This document shows, in pieces, positions 10,121-22,241 of a stretch of 64,000 bases of DNA (within the stretch, counting starts at the first letter, position 1; each line of letters opens with the position of its first letter). Under the pieces are notes generated by a model. The model worked only from the letters and a program-made list of their open reading frames with translations. It was not told the origin of the DNA and ran no database searches. The translations under genes were made by a program, and so were the position numbers. Source of the DNA: Chthoniobacteraceae bacterium (GTDB lineage: Bacteria > Verrucomicrobiota > Verrucomicrobiia > Chthoniobacterales > Chthoniobacteraceae); the NCBI GenBank assembly GCA_037190965.1, contig JBBCKI010000030.1, forward strand, positions 32,001 to 96,000. The letters are read 5' to 3'.

Positions 10121-11297
10121 TGGCTTTGTTGTACGGCTCCGCGGCGGCGCGGTAAATCCCAAAGAGCCGGGAAAAAACCTGATTCCATGAATATCGGGAG
10201 TGAACCTCCCGGCTGACGGCGACTCCGACGGCGGGCAGATCGCCTCTCGCCGTTCGCACGATGGCGGCGGCCAGCGCCTCCGGGGTATTTTCCCTCGCCC
10301 AATGGTCCTGCCCACCGCAGATGATCCGGTCCATGTAACTCCCGGCAATCCCCACGACCGGCGTCCCGCACGCCTGGCTCTCCAGAGCCACCAGCCCGAA
10401 GGTCTCTTGTAACCCCGGGTGAACGAAAAGATCGGCGCAGCGATAAATACGGGCGAGTCTGGCGGAATCGTCGCAATACGGCAGCCAGGTCACCTCGCCC
10501 GTCGCCGCCCTCAATTGCGTCACCAGCCCCCGCTGCAACCCGTCGCCCACCACCAGCAGGTGAAAGCGCCCCAGGTGATCCCGATGCAGCCGCTCAAAGG
10601 TCTGAAACAGCGTCCGCGTGTTCTTCTCCGCCGCGAGACGCCCCGCGTAAAGGAGAAGCTGCCGCTCTTCGGCAGCCGGGATACAGAGTTCCCCCCGGGT
10701 CGCCGCGCGATCGTCCGGGCCTGGACAAAAAATGGCCGTATCAACCCCAAGATCAACGGCCTGCACGTTCGCAACGCCCCATTGCCTCAGCACCTCGGCC
10801 AACGCGGGCGACGGCACCAGGGTGGCATTAAACCGATTGTAGAGCGCGTGGACGTACCGCCGCGAGGCGGCCATCGCCCATTGCGCCGCCCGCGCCCCCA
10901 GCCACCGCGCCGCGCCGCGCAGGTAAGCCTCGGGGAAATGAGAATGGTAAAACCCGAGCACCGGGATGCCGAGCGCGCGCCCCGTCCCGACCGTCTTCCA
11001 GGCCACCTGGTAGGGATCGCCGCACTCGATCACATCGGGACGCTCGCGCTCCAGAATCTCATGCACGGCATCGAGCCGGACGAGCGCGCGATAGCGCGAC
11101 TTACGCGAGAGCAACGGGGAACGGATCGTGCAAACGACACTCCGCCCCTCCACCCGACGTTCATCGCGCTCGCCGGGAATGATCAGCAGATGAGAATCGT
11201 CCGTCTCCGCGTGCAGATACCGGACCTTCTCGGTGACGTACCGCTTCACCCCGCCGCTTACCGGGGAGTAAAACTGGGTGATGTCACAAATTCTCAT
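10113..11297 (-). CDS. GT4-family glycosyltransferase
   Basis: SGGVKRY, YAGRLAAEKN, ETFGLVALESQACGTPVV. Confidence 0.9.
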   Translation of the reverse strand: MRICDITQFYSPVSGGVKRYVTEKVRYLHAETDDSHLLIIPGERDERRVEGRSVVCTIRSPLLSRKSRYRALVRLDAVHEILERERPDVIECGDPYQVAWKTVGTGRALGIPVLGFYHSHFPEAYLRGAARWLGARAAQWAMAASRRYVHALYNRFNATLVPSPALAEVLRQWGVANVQAVDLGVDTAIFCPGPDDRAATRGELCIPAAEERQLLLYAGRLAAEKNTRTLFQTFERLHRDHLGRFHLLVVGDGLQRGLVTQLRAATGEVTWLPYCDDSARLARIYRCADLFVHPGLQETFGLVALESQACGTPVVGIAGSYMDRIICGGQDHWARENTPEALAAAIVRTARGDLPAVGVAVSREVHSRYSWNQVFSRLFGIYRAAAEPYNKANG

Positions 11298-11331
11298 CGC
11301 TTCGCGCCACGGCGCGGCAAAAAAGGGGAGA

Positions 11332-12255
11332 CTACGCTCCGAGGTTCGCTAGATACCGCTCCGCGTCGAGCGCGGCGGCGCACCCCTGCCCGGCGGCGGT
11401 GATCGCCTGCCGATAGACGTGATCCGCGACGTCGCCTGCCGCAAAGACGCCGGGGATGTTCGTCCGGGTGCCCCCGCATTGGAGCAGATACCCGTCGGAA
11501 TCCATATCGAGCTTCCCTTTGAAGGGGGCGGTGTTGGGCGTGTGGCCGATGGCGACGAAAACGCACTTCACTTCCAGTTCGCTCTCCTCGCCGCTCTTGA
11601 CGTTGGTGAGCTTTACGGCGCGCACCTCGCCCGCGTCATCGGTCAGGTACTCGGAAACCACGCTGTCCCAGACCGGCTCCACCTTCTCGTTGGCCAGAAC
11701 GCGGTCGGCCATGATCTTGGAGGCGCGCAGGGAATCGCGGCGATGAATGAGATACACCTTGGAGGCAAAGCGGGTCAGGAAGACGGCTTCCTCGGCGGCG
11801 GAGTCGCCACCGCCCACCACGCACACCGGCACGTTCCGGTAAAACGCGCCGTCGCAGGTGGCGCAGGAGGTCAACCCGTGGCCGATCAGTTCGCGCTCGC
11901 GCGGAATCCCGAGATAACGGGCGGAAGCGCCGCTGGCGACGATGAGCGTCTGCGTCTCGACCCATTCCCCGTCGACCTTCACGCGCAGGAACCCGTTGTC
12001 CTGCTCAAGATCCTCCACGGTGGCGTAGGAAAAACGGGCGCCGAAGCGTTCCGCCTGGGCCTTCATGTTCATGATCAGATTGGGGCCGTCGATCCCTTCG
12101 ACAAAGCCGGGAAAATTCTCAACAAGGGTCGTCGTTGAGAGCTGCCCCCCGGGCTCTTTACCTTCAAGAACTAACGGCGAAAAATTGGCGCGCGCGGCAT
12201 AGATGGCGGCGGTAAGCCCGGCGCAACCCGAGCCAACGATGATCACTTTTTCCAT
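11332..12255 (-). CDS. trxB: Thioredoxin-disulfide reductase
   Basis: GSGCAG FAD motif, CATCDG active site, GGGDSA, HRRD, AAGDV..YRQAITAA. Start MEKVII at 12255. Confidence 0.97.
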   Translation of the reverse strand: MEKVIIVGSGCAGLTAAIYAARANFSPLVLEGKEPGGQLSTTTLVENFPGFVEGIDGPNLIMNMKAQAERFGARFSYATVEDLEQDNGFLRVKVDGEWVETQTLIVASGASARYLGIPRERELIGHGLTSCATCDGAFYRNVPVCVVGGGDSAAEEAVFLTRFASKVYLIHRRDSLRASKIMADRVLANEKVEPVWDSVVSEYLTDDAGEVRAVKLTNVKSGEESELEVKCVFVAIGHTPNTAPFKGKLDMDSDGYLLQCGGTRTNIPGVFAAGDVADHVYRQAITAAGQGCAAALDAERYLANLGA

Positions 12256-12350
12256 AAGGCCGGGAGTAGAGCAGCAGCACGGGGCAATTTCCAGTAAAAG
12301 CTGCAAAAGGAAGCATCTCCAACCCTATTGACGGCATCCATTTACCCGCT

Positions 12351-12626
12351 CTATCGCTTATTCTTTACCGATCTTCCAAGCAGATGGGCTGCGATGGGAA
12401 GCGTGATGAATAGAAACGCGATCGCGGCAATCATTTTCACCCAAGCGGAGATCGTACCAAAGGACAAAGCGGCCGCCAAAGCGGTAAACCCGAGGCCGAA
12501 GGTGCTGGCTTTCGTCGCGGCATGAATCCGCGAATAAAAATCGGGAAAGCGAAACACCCCAAGCGCTGCGATCAGAGAAAAAAAACCTCCAACGAGGAGA
12601 AAAAAGGATGCGATGTAAGAGATCAT
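12351..12626 (-). CDS. mrpG: Mrp Na+/H+ antiporter subunit G
   Basis: RFPDFYSRIHAATKASTFG and TLPIAAHLL motifs; ATGA overlap with mrpF. Confidence 0.9.
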   Translation of the reverse strand: MISYIASFFLLVGGFFSLIAALGVFRFPDFYSRIHAATKASTFGLGFTALAAALSFGTISAWVKMIAAIAFLFITLPIAAHLLGRSVKNKR

Positions 12627-12907
12627 TTCGTGTTCGAAGTTTCGTCTCTTTCGCGCTGTAGAAAACGCGCCAAAGCCACGGTTCCAAAAAAAGCGATGAT
12701 AGAAAAGACCAGAACGACATCCAGCATGGCCTCGTCCTTGCTCCGGATGGCGTGGGAGATCATCAGGACGGCCACCAGCAGGCCCAGAAGGTCGATGGCA
12801 ACCATCCGATCCGCCGCAGTCGGACCAATCGTCATGCGACAAAGACACAAGACCATGGATACAATCAGCATGATTTCAAACACGGCATTAACACTCTCGG
12901 GTATCAT
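12623..12907 (-). CDS. mrpF: Mrp Na+/H+ antiporter subunit F
   Basis: GPTAADRMVAIDL and FFGTVALARF motifs. Confidence 0.92.
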   Translation of the reverse strand: MIPESVNAVFEIMLIVSMVLCLCRMTIGPTAADRMVAIDLLGLLVAVLMISHAIRSKDEAMLDVVLVFSIIAFFGTVALARFLQRERDETSNTK

Positions 12908-13272
12908 GATAATGATGGGTTGGGGTTTCCCAGTGCGTGGCGGAGCAAGGTTTCGAGCTCCATTCGAACTTTCAAGGGGTCTTCGAGATAGAGGGCGTGG
13001 ACCAGGAGATGATCGGACCCTTCTTCCAGATCAAGAGAGAGTGTGCCGGGGGTCATTGAAATCAGGCAGGCGGCCTCCCAACGTTGGATCGGATCATACC
13101 CTTTCAGATTGATCTCCACGAATCCGGGATGAAACTTCGGTTTGAAACGAAGGGCATCCATCGCGACCCGGATGTTGGATAGCGTCATCTCCCGGAGGTA
13201 AATCGGCAGAAAGCGGACCAGCCCCGGAAACCGGAACAACGTTCTCCTATAAATATTTTTGCTGATGCTCAT
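12904..13272 (-). CDS. mrpE: Mrp Na+/H+ antiporter subunit E (short form)
   Basis: SNIRVA, ISMTPGTLSLD, LLVHAL motifs; position between D and F. Confidence 0.88.
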   Translation of the reverse strand: MSISKNIYRRTLFRFPGLVRFLPIYLREMTLSNIRVAMDALRFKPKFHPGFVEINLKGYDPIQRWEAACLISMTPGTLSLDLEEGSDHLLVHALYLEDPLKVRMELETLLRHALGNPNPSLS

Positions 13273-14738
13273 GGGATGAGAAGTTGCCTGGATGCAATAT
13301 CGGCGAGTTCAAAAAGCCAGGTTGGATAAAAACTGATGAGCAGTGTAATTCCCGTGAGGATGACCATCGGAATCACATGAGCCGCATGGATGGGCCTCCT
13401 CTCTCCGGCATTCTCAGGGCGCTCCTTCCAAAAAGCCTCCGCCCATATCTTGGTCATGGAAAACAGGGTCAGAATCCCCACGGCCAAAGCGATGCCCGCG
13501 GCGAACCAGGCGTGAACACCAAAGATCGCCTCCAACAAGGCCAACTTGGCCCAAAAGCCCGACAGCGGCGGAATGCCGCCGAGCGAAAGCGCGGGGATAA
13601 GAAACAAGACCGCCAACCACGGCGCGGCGCGGTAGAGCCCACCGGTTCTTCGAAGATCTTCGCCGCCTCCAATCCGGTCAATCACTGACGCCGCGAGAAA
13701 CAGGTTCGACTTCACGACAATGTGATGGATCACGTAAAAGATCGTAGCCGAGATTGCTCCAGCCGTGCCAAGCGCGAGCCCCAAGGCCATGTAGCCGATC
13801 TGACTGATGATGTGGAACGAGAGAATTCGCCGAACATGAAACTGGCTGGCAGCTCCGAGGACGCCGATCACCATTGTAAGGAGAGCGACCCACCAGAGAA
13901 TCGGCAGAGTGAAGCTTTGATGTGCGGAAAAAGTCGACCCGAATGTACGAATCAAGGCATAAACCCCAACTTTGGTCAGCAACCCGGCGAAGACTGCCGA
14001 AACGGTATATCTCGGGGTATGGTATGAAGAGGGCAACCAGGCATAGAGGGGGAAGAGACCGGCCTTCACGGCAAACGCCAGCATCAGGAAAACGCCAGCA
14101 AGCCGGATTCCCGTGACGGAGCCTTGCCCTTGGGAAATCCGCAACGCGATATCGGCAAAATTCAGCGTGCCGAGGCTTGCATAGATGATTCCGGCCCCAA
14201 TCAAGAACACCGTCGAGGCGACGATGTTGAGCACCATATACTTCACCGTCCCCTCGAGCTGGCTTTTGCTCCCGCCCTGAGCCAACAGAACGAAAGAGGA
14301 GAGCAGCATCACCTCAAACCAGACATAGAGGTTGAAGAGGTCATTGGTCAGGAACGAACCGCAAACTCCAAAAAGGAGAAATTGATAGAGCGGGTGATAC
14401 CCTCGCCGCTCATCGCTGATCGGAACTTCAGCGAGCCCGTGAATGGCGCCACAAAAACCGATCACGCCGGTGATGGCGACCATCAAGGCTGAAAGCATGT
14501 CGGCCCGGAGCCGAATCCCAACCGGCGCGGCCCACCCTCCCACATCCAGAATCACCGGGCCGTGCGCCTTGACGGCGGCTACGAGCGCGAAGCTGAACGC
14601 CGTCAGAAGTGCGGTCGAACCCACCGCGACGACACGTTGGGCTTTGCTTTGCCCGAGCAAAAAAATCTGCACGATCGCCGCCCCCAGGGGGATGAGAAGG
14701 CAAAGGTACAAAGGAAACGGATTCATCAAATCAAACAT
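13269..14738 (-). CDS. mrpD: Mrp Na+/H+ antiporter subunit D
   Basis: GGWAAPVGI, DLFNLYVWFEVML, KAGLFPLYAWLP, GIPPLSGFWAK. Confidence 0.95.
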   Translation of the reverse strand: MFDLMNPFPLYLCLLIPLGAAIVQIFLLGQSKAQRVVAVGSTALLTAFSFALVAAVKAHGPVILDVGGWAAPVGIRLRADMLSALMVAITGVIGFCGAIHGLAEVPISDERRGYHPLYQFLLFGVCGSFLTNDLFNLYVWFEVMLLSSFVLLAQGGSKSQLEGTVKYMVLNIVASTVFLIGAGIIYASLGTLNFADIALRISQGQGSVTGIRLAGVFLMLAFAVKAGLFPLYAWLPSSYHTPRYTVSAVFAGLLTKVGVYALIRTFGSTFSAHQSFTLPILWWVALLTMVIGVLGAASQFHVRRILSFHIISQIGYMALGLALGTAGAISATIFYVIHHIVVKSNLFLAASVIDRIGGGEDLRRTGGLYRAAPWLAVLFLIPALSLGGIPPLSGFWAKLALLEAIFGVHAWFAAGIALAVGILTLFSMTKIWAEAFWKERPENAGERRPIHAAHVIPMVILTGITLLISFYPTWLFELADIASRQLLIP

Positions 14739-15078
14739 CGGTATTCTTCAAGCTATCGAGGTCGTCGGTGCCAAGATCGCGGTAGGCGTTCTTGAGAAGA
14801 ACAAGGGCAAAGGCGATGACTCCGAAGCCGATCACGATGGCGGTCAGGATCAAGGCTTGCGGCAGTGGATCGGGATAACCCGGAGGCGGCGCCGTTTGCC
14901 CCTCCTGAATAATGGGAGAGACGCCTGACCCAAGCCCTGGAAGCACGAGAATCACAAGATTTGCCGCTTGGCTAATAAACAAAATCCCCACGAGCAGACG
15001 GGTAATATTCCTCCGCAGAAGCAAATAAAAGCCGCAGGTAAAGAGGAATCCCGTGAGAAGAATAATGATGGTCTCCAT
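14731..15078 (-). CDS. mrpC: Mrp Na+/H+ antiporter subunit C
   Basis: DPLPQALILTAIVIGFG signature; start METIII. Confidence 0.93.
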   Translation of the reverse strand: METIIILLTGFLFTCGFYLLLRRNITRLLVGILFISQAANLVILVLPGLGSGVSPIIQEGQTAPPPGYPDPLPQALILTAIVIGFGVIAFALVLLKNAYRDLGTDDLDSLKNTDV

Positions 15079-15083
15079 GACGA

Positions 15084-17846
15084 CTATGGAAAAGAAAGCG
15101 ATTTGGGAGTCTCCGAGCGAATCAACCGGGTGAGAATCAACAGGCAAACGCCGATCACCACCAGGTAAACGCCGATATCAAAAAGGAACGGGGTTCCAAA
15201 CTTCGTGATCCCCACCAGGGGAAGCCACAGGGCCCCTACCCAGACACCCTTCATGAAAACCTCCGAGAGAAAGATCGAAGGAAGCGTGCTCAGGACGGCG
15301 ACAGCAATGCCGGTTCCGATGAAAAGCAACGGAGTCCGCGGGGCGTGAAATGGATGATCCGCATTCCCCATCCGCCGCAATAGCAGGCCACTTCCGGCGA
15401 CCAGCCCTCCGATAAAACCTCCGCCGGGTTCGTTATGGCCTCTGAAAAGAATGAAAACCGACAAGAAGAGCAATAGGGGTGTCAACCACGAGACGGCAGT
15501 TCTGAACAACGGCGTTGCAATGACCAGCTCGGCCTTCAGATTGCGCCGTCCCGATCCCAGAAGAAGACCAGCCACCCCAATGGCGGCAATCGCCAGAACA
15601 CAGATCTCCCCCATCGTGTCAAAAGCGCGAAAATCGACGAGGATCACGTTTACAATATTCTTCCCGTTTGCCTCCGGCAGGCTTCGGGCAGCCATCTCTG
15701 TCGAAATGCGCTGGGCTTCCGGTATCGGAGCACCTCGCACGGCCAGCAACGTCGCCGTAATCGCAAGCCCTCCGGCGAGCGCGATCAAGAAGTCAGTAAT
15801 TCTTCTCCGGCCCGAAGAACGAGTTTGGGATTCAATGGGAGGCAGCGCCCGCATGACCAGCGAGAACAGCACGAGCGTCAATGTTTCAACAAGCACCTGC
15901 GTTAAGGCCAGATCCGGCGCGCCGAAGAGCGCAAAGAGCAACGCCACGCCATACCCCACGCCGCCCATCGCCAACACCGCCATCACCGTACTGCGCGAGC
16001 GGATCGCCGCGATCCCCGAGAACACCGTCAGCAAAGAAATTCCCAACGGCACTAAACGCATCGGCCCACCTTGCGGCGGGCCACTCCAGCCGGTGCTTAC
16101 CAAAGAGGCAGTGATAATGGCGGAGAGAGAGACGATTACGACCGCAATATAAAGCCGAAGATTGCCATGCTGGAAAAACCGCGTGACCGAGGCGGCGACC
16201 GACACCATCCCTTGCACTCCGGCGTCGAAGGTCTTTGATGCCGTCGGGACTCGCTCAAGCAGAAGGTGCATGCCTGCACGGATCCGATTCTGAAAGAGGT
16301 AGAGCAAGACTCCAACAACGACCGTCACCCCGCTCAGCACCAACAGTAGATTCAAGCCATGCCAGAGCTTGAGATGGGATTCGATGGGCCGTTGAACAAT
16401 ATCCCGGACGGCCATATCAATCACCCCATGCCCAAGCAGGTTGGGAAAAAGACCAAACAATGCTCCGGCAAGCGCCAGCAACAGGGGTCCGGTTAAAAGA
16501 GCCGGTTTGCGAGCCTTGGGATTGATCTCAGGAATTGTGCCACGCCGTCGAAAAGGAGAAATGCCCACCTTCAGGGCTACGGTGACATTGATGGCATTCG
16601 CAGCAAAACCAAGGACGGTGATGAATACCGCATAGCTCGTCGCATTCAGTTGAGCCTCATAGAGGAGCTCCTTCCCGATAAATCCGACAAAAGGAGGCAA
16701 CCCGGACATTGAAAACGCCGCGAGGGCTGCCGCGAAGGCAAGCATAGGCATCGGCCGCCCCAAACCCTGAAGGAGGGTGATATTCCGCGTGCCGACAGCC
16801 TTATCCACCACCCCGGCGATCATGAACAAGGGAGCCTTGTAAAGCGCGTGAACGACAAGAAAGACCATCGCTGCCTTAATGGCCAGTTCCGTACCGAGCC
16901 CCAGCAGCATGACCAGCGTGCCAAGCGCGCTCATCGTCGAGTAGGCGAGCAGACGCTTGAGATCCACTTGAGCCAGAGCCAGCAATCCCCCCAACAGCAT
17001 GGTGACCGCTCCGGTAGTCGTCAGCACGTCATGCCATATCTCGGTCCCGCCAAGGATCGGAAGAAACTTGGCGAGCAAAAACACCCCGGCCTTCACCATC
17101 GTCGCCGAGTGAAGATAGGCACTGACCGGCGTCGGGGCGGCCATTGCATCGGGAAGCCAGAAATGCAGGGGAGCCTGAGCGGATTTACTGAACGCTCCCA
17201 GCACCACAAGAATGAAGATCGCGAGATAAAGCGAGCTGTTACGAATCAGGTCGCCACTATTCTGAAGCGCAACCAAGCTGTAGGTTCCGGCTTCCGCACC
17301 GAGTAACAGAATGCCTGCGAGCAGCGCGAGCCCTCCGGCACTAGTGACCAACAAGGCCCTTAGCGCTGCTTTCCTTGCCGCCGATTCCTGATGAGAAAGG
17401 CCGATAAGCAGATAACTCGCAAGGCTCGTCAGCTCCCAGAAAACAAATAACAAGAGCAAGTTATCGGAAGAGGCAATCCCCAGCATCGCCAGCATGAAGA
17501 GATGGACGAACGCAAAGAAAGGGGGAGCCTGCGGCGACCCCTTCAAATAACCGCCACCGTAGATCAAGATTAGCGAACCGATGCCGGTCACGAGAAGGGA
17601 AAGCAACAGCCCGACGCCATCGAGCCTGAACCCGAGCGTTACCCCCAATTGTGGAACCCACTCTACAGACCATTTGGGGAAACTCCCTGCTCCAATCGCG
17701 CCACCTTGCGTGAGCAGCCAGAGAAAGATGCCGAGCGGAACCATTGCCGAGCACCAGCCTGCCCAGACGCTGTTTCGCTTTGCAATGACGGGCCAAAACA
17801 GCGAACCGAATGCCACTGCCGCTAATCCAATCAGAAACCCTTCCAT
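15084..17846 (-). CDS. mrpA: Mrp Na+/H+ antiporter subunit A fused to the B domain (group-2 mrpA')
   Basis: [60 protein letters not shown], and C-terminal MrpB motif [14 protein letters not shown]. Start MEGFLI at 17846. Confidence 0.95.
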   Translation of the reverse strand: MEGFLIGLAAVAFGSLFWPVIAKRNSVWAGWCSAMVPLGIFLWLLTQGGAIGAGSFPKWSVEWVPQLGVTLGFRLDGVGLLLSLLVTGIGSLILIYGGGYLKGSPQAPPFFAFVHLFMLAMLGIASSDNLLLLFVFWELTSLASYLLIGLSHQESAARKAALRALLVTSAGGLALLAGILLLGAEAGTYSLVALQNSGDLIRNSSLYLAIFILVVLGAFSKSAQAPLHFWLPDAMAAPTPVSAYLHSATMVKAGVFLLAKFLPILGGTEIWHDVLTTTGAVTMLLGGLLALAQVDLKRLLAYSTMSALGTLVMLLGLGTELAIKAAMVFLVVHALYKAPLFMIAGVVDKAVGTRNITLLQGLGRPMPMLAFAAALAAFSMSGLPPFVGFIGKELLYEAQLNATSYAVFITVLGFAANAINVTVALKVGISPFRRRGTIPEINPKARKPALLTGPLLLALAGALFGLFPNLLGHGVIDMAVRDIVQRPIESHLKLWHGLNLLLVLSGVTVVVGVLLYLFQNRIRAGMHLLLERVPTASKTFDAGVQGMVSVAASVTRFFQHGNLRLYIAVVIVSLSAIITASLVSTGWSGPPQGGPMRLVPLGISLLTVFSGIAAIRSRSTVMAVLAMGGVGYGVALLFALFGAPDLALTQVLVETLTLVLFSLVMRALPPIESQTRSSGRRRITDFLIALAGGLAITATLLAVRGAPIPEAQRISTEMAARSLPEANGKNIVNVILVDFRAFDTMGEICVLAIAAIGVAGLLLGSGRRNLKAELVIATPLFRTAVSWLTPLLLFLSVFILFRGHNEPGGGFIGGLVAGSGLLLRRMGNADHPFHAPRTPLLFIGTGIAVAVLSTLPSIFLSEVFMKGVWVGALWLPLVGITKFGTPFLFDIGVYLVVIGVCLLILTRLIRSETPKSLSFP

Positions 17847-18009
17847 CGTGAATTTTGCTGAAAACGCCGCAGATACGACCGATCTAAACCGGCAATTTGA
17901 GAAATCTGACCGACTGACCGAAAGCCAGATCCAAAGGTGAAGCAAACATCAATGCCGGGGAAAGCGCGGCAAAGAAAGAAAGTTTAAATAAAAACATGGG
18001 CACGCAAAT

Positions 18010-18070
18010 TAACAGTGGCGACCCTACCACTGTCATTGACTATCACTGCCGGGATGCAGCGAAACCCTTA
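18010..18070 (-). ncRNA. Candidate cation-sensing riboswitch (nhaA-I / Li+-I-like) in the mrp leader
   Basis: Minus-strand RNA GGGUU-UCGCUGC(AUCCCG)GCAGUGA-UAGUCAAUG-ACAGUGG(UAGGGUCG)CCACUGU. It has two hairpins, begins at the predicted TSS and precedes a Na+/H+ antiporter. Family match is from recollection of the consensus, not a search. Confidence 0.55.
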
Positions 18071-18076
18071 ACCGTG

Positions 18077-18104
18077 AAGCTAGACGACTCTCCTTGATTG
18101 TCAA
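18077..18104 (-). promoter_or_regulatory. Sigma70-type promoter of the mrp operon
   Basis: TTGACA (18104-18099), 16 nt spacer, TAGCTT (18082-18077). Confidence 0.6.
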
Positions 18105-18207
18105 GAGAGTGAGAGTTGGATCGCCGCCGAAACCCCTCCTCTCCGATCTTTTTTGATCAGGATTCTCTTCTTTTCCAACCGGCGAGTGGTTTAAGATCCG
18201 TCCTCCT

Positions 18208-18804
18208 ATGTTCACCGGCCTTGTTGAAGAAACCGCTTCCGTTGTTGCGCTGACTCCCATTGCCCAAGGAGCCACCCTGACGGTGCAAGCTTCTCACGTG
18301 GTCGAGGGCACCCGCCTTGGCGATTCCATCGCGGTCAACGGCTGCTGCCTGACGGTCACCGCCATTTCGGAAGGGCGACTTGCATTCGATCTGCTGGCGG
18401 AAACGCTCGCACGGACGAATCTCGGCGCGTTGAACCCCGGCGCGCTCGTCAATCTGGAGCGCGCCCTCCCCGCCAACGGGCGGTTGGGAGGCCACTTCGT
18501 ACAAGGGCATATCGACTGCACCAGCCGCGTCATCGCGCTGGAGCCGCACGGGCAGGATCACCGCCTTGAAATCGCATTGCCCGCCGAGTTTGCGAAATAC
18601 GTCGTCTTCAAAGGCTCGATCGCCGTCAACGGAATCAGCCTCACCGTCGCGGAAGTCCGGGAAAACAGCTTTGTGCTCTGGATCATCCCGCATACCCTGG
18701 CGGTCACCAATCTGGGGACTTTGCGAGAAGGCGATGCGGCAAACCTCGAATTCGATCTCCTCGCCAAGTATTTGGAACGCATGATAACGCACAGGGAAGC
18801 CTAG
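18208..18804 (+). CDS. ribE: Riboflavin synthase (alpha chain)
   Basis: MFTGLVEE N-terminus, GDSIAVNGCCLTV, VNLERAL, GGHFVQGHID, KGSIAVNGISLTV. Confidence 0.96.
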   Translation: MFTGLVEETASVVALTPIAQGATLTVQASHVVEGTRLGDSIAVNGCCLTVTAISEGRLAFDLLAETLARTNLGALNPGALVNLERALPANGRLGGHFVQGHIDCTSRVIALEPHGQDHRLEIALPAEFAKYVVFKGSIAVNGISLTVAEVRENSFVLWIIPHTLAVTNLGTLREGDAANLEFDLLAKYLERMITHREA

Positions 18805-18899
18805 GGCGCGTCCGAATTCGGAGTTCGGGCGTCATTCCGTTGAGATTGATCCCCCCGAAAGATTGGATCAATCTGGCTCTCCTTCAAAGTCATCCCTCC

Positions 18900-21185
<2,286 letters not shown>

Positions 21186-21229
21186 AAAACCACCGGGTTC
21201 CATAGAAATCACCGAAGGAAGGAATCGCA

Positions 21230-21970
21230 ATGGATGTCATTGAAGCCGATCAGCTAACCCCCACGCAGGCGTTCGATCATTGGTACTACCGTTCGAAATT
21301 CGAACTGCTGAGCGATCACCTGGACAGGCTCGCGCTTCCTCCCGATGCCTCAGTGGCCGACGTCGGGTGCGGCATCGGGCTTTTTCTCACGTTGCTGGAA
21401 AAATCGAAACGTTTTGCCCCCCACCAGATGGTGGGAATCGACCTTGCCTATTCGGAACCGACTCTCGCGGTGCAGGGGCGAACGGTAATCAGACCCGATT
21501 GGCCCGCCGGTGACCTCTTCGATCTCATCCTGATGATGCATGTATTGGAGCACGTGGAGGACGACCGAGCCATGTTGGCTGATGCGGCGAATCGATTGTC
21601 TGACTCCGGCTACATTTTCATCGATGTCCCGGCCTTCCCGTTCCTCTACTCCGCGCATGACCGGTTTCTGGGCCACTACCGGCGATACACCACGCAGTCG
21701 CTGGAAGAACTCGTCCGTAGCACCGGCAACCTCGAGTTGGTGGGTGTCCATTATTTCTTCGCCGCGATCTTTCCCGCTGCCGCTCTTTGGCGTCTGCTCC
21801 GCGGCAACGAAGACGAAAAACGATCTTCCGATTTGAAGCCGCTCCCAGCCTGGTTGAACAAGCTGCTTATCAAGGCCCATCGGGTTGAACGAAGCTTCGC
21901 CCGCTTTAATAACCTGTTCGGCCTCTCGGCGCTCGCGATCGCGCGGAAGATCCCGGGGGCAGGAGTTTAA
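21230..21970 (+). CDS. Class I SAM-dependent methyltransferase
   Basis: HWYY, DVGCGIG motif I, HVLEHVEDD, VPAF..LYSAHD..LGHYRRY. Confidence 0.88.
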   Translation: MDVIEADQLTPTQAFDHWYYRSKFELLSDHLDRLALPPDASVADVGCGIGLFLTLLEKSKRFAPHQMVGIDLAYSEPTLAVQGRTVIRPDWPAGDLFDLILMMHVLEHVEDDRAMLADAANRLSDSGYIFIDVPAFPFLYSAHDRFLGHYRRYTTQSLEELVRSTGNLELVGVHYFFAAIFPAAALWRLLRGNEDEKRSSDLKPLPAWLNKLLIKAHRVERSFARFNNLFGLSALAIARKIPGAGV

Positions 21971-21995
21971 AACTCCAAAAGCACGGCCGCTTCCC

Positions 21996-22150
21996 CTCGT
22001 TACCAATCTCCAGATTGGTAATGCCCCTGTCTGCGAATCTCCGATTCGTAAACCTCGAGGAATCTCAAAGCACTGCTTGCACGACGAGGGGCGCTGACGA
22101 AACTGGAGTTTCGAAGACAATTGCATTCCCAATCAGAGATTGGGAACGAG
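21996..22150. repeat. Second palindromic REP-doublet/MITE-like element flanked by a 23-bp direct repeat
   Basis: Inverted terminal palindromes CTCGTTACCAATCTCCAGATTGGTAATGC / GCATTCCCAATCAGAGATTGGGAACGAG and two inner hairpins. TTTAAAACTCCAAAAGCACGGCC occurs at 21966-21988 and 22171-22193. Confidence 0.8.
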
Positions 22151-22183
22151 AGCAATTCAGAGATAACCGATTTAAAACTCCAA

Positions 22184-22212
22184 AAGCACGGCCCTTTTCG
22201 AGAGCCGTGCTT
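22184..22212 (-). terminator. Intrinsic terminator downstream of rpsT
   Basis: AAGCACGGC...GCCGTGCTT stem with a T-run on the minus strand. Confidence 0.65.
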
Positions 22213-22241
22213 CTGGAAAATAAAAAACGGAAAAAAACGGA

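Noticed and set aside
18105..18207. Possible FMN riboswitch upstream of riboflavin synthase
   Set aside because: No recognisable FMN aptamer conserved blocks; the structured element nearby is oriented toward mrpA.
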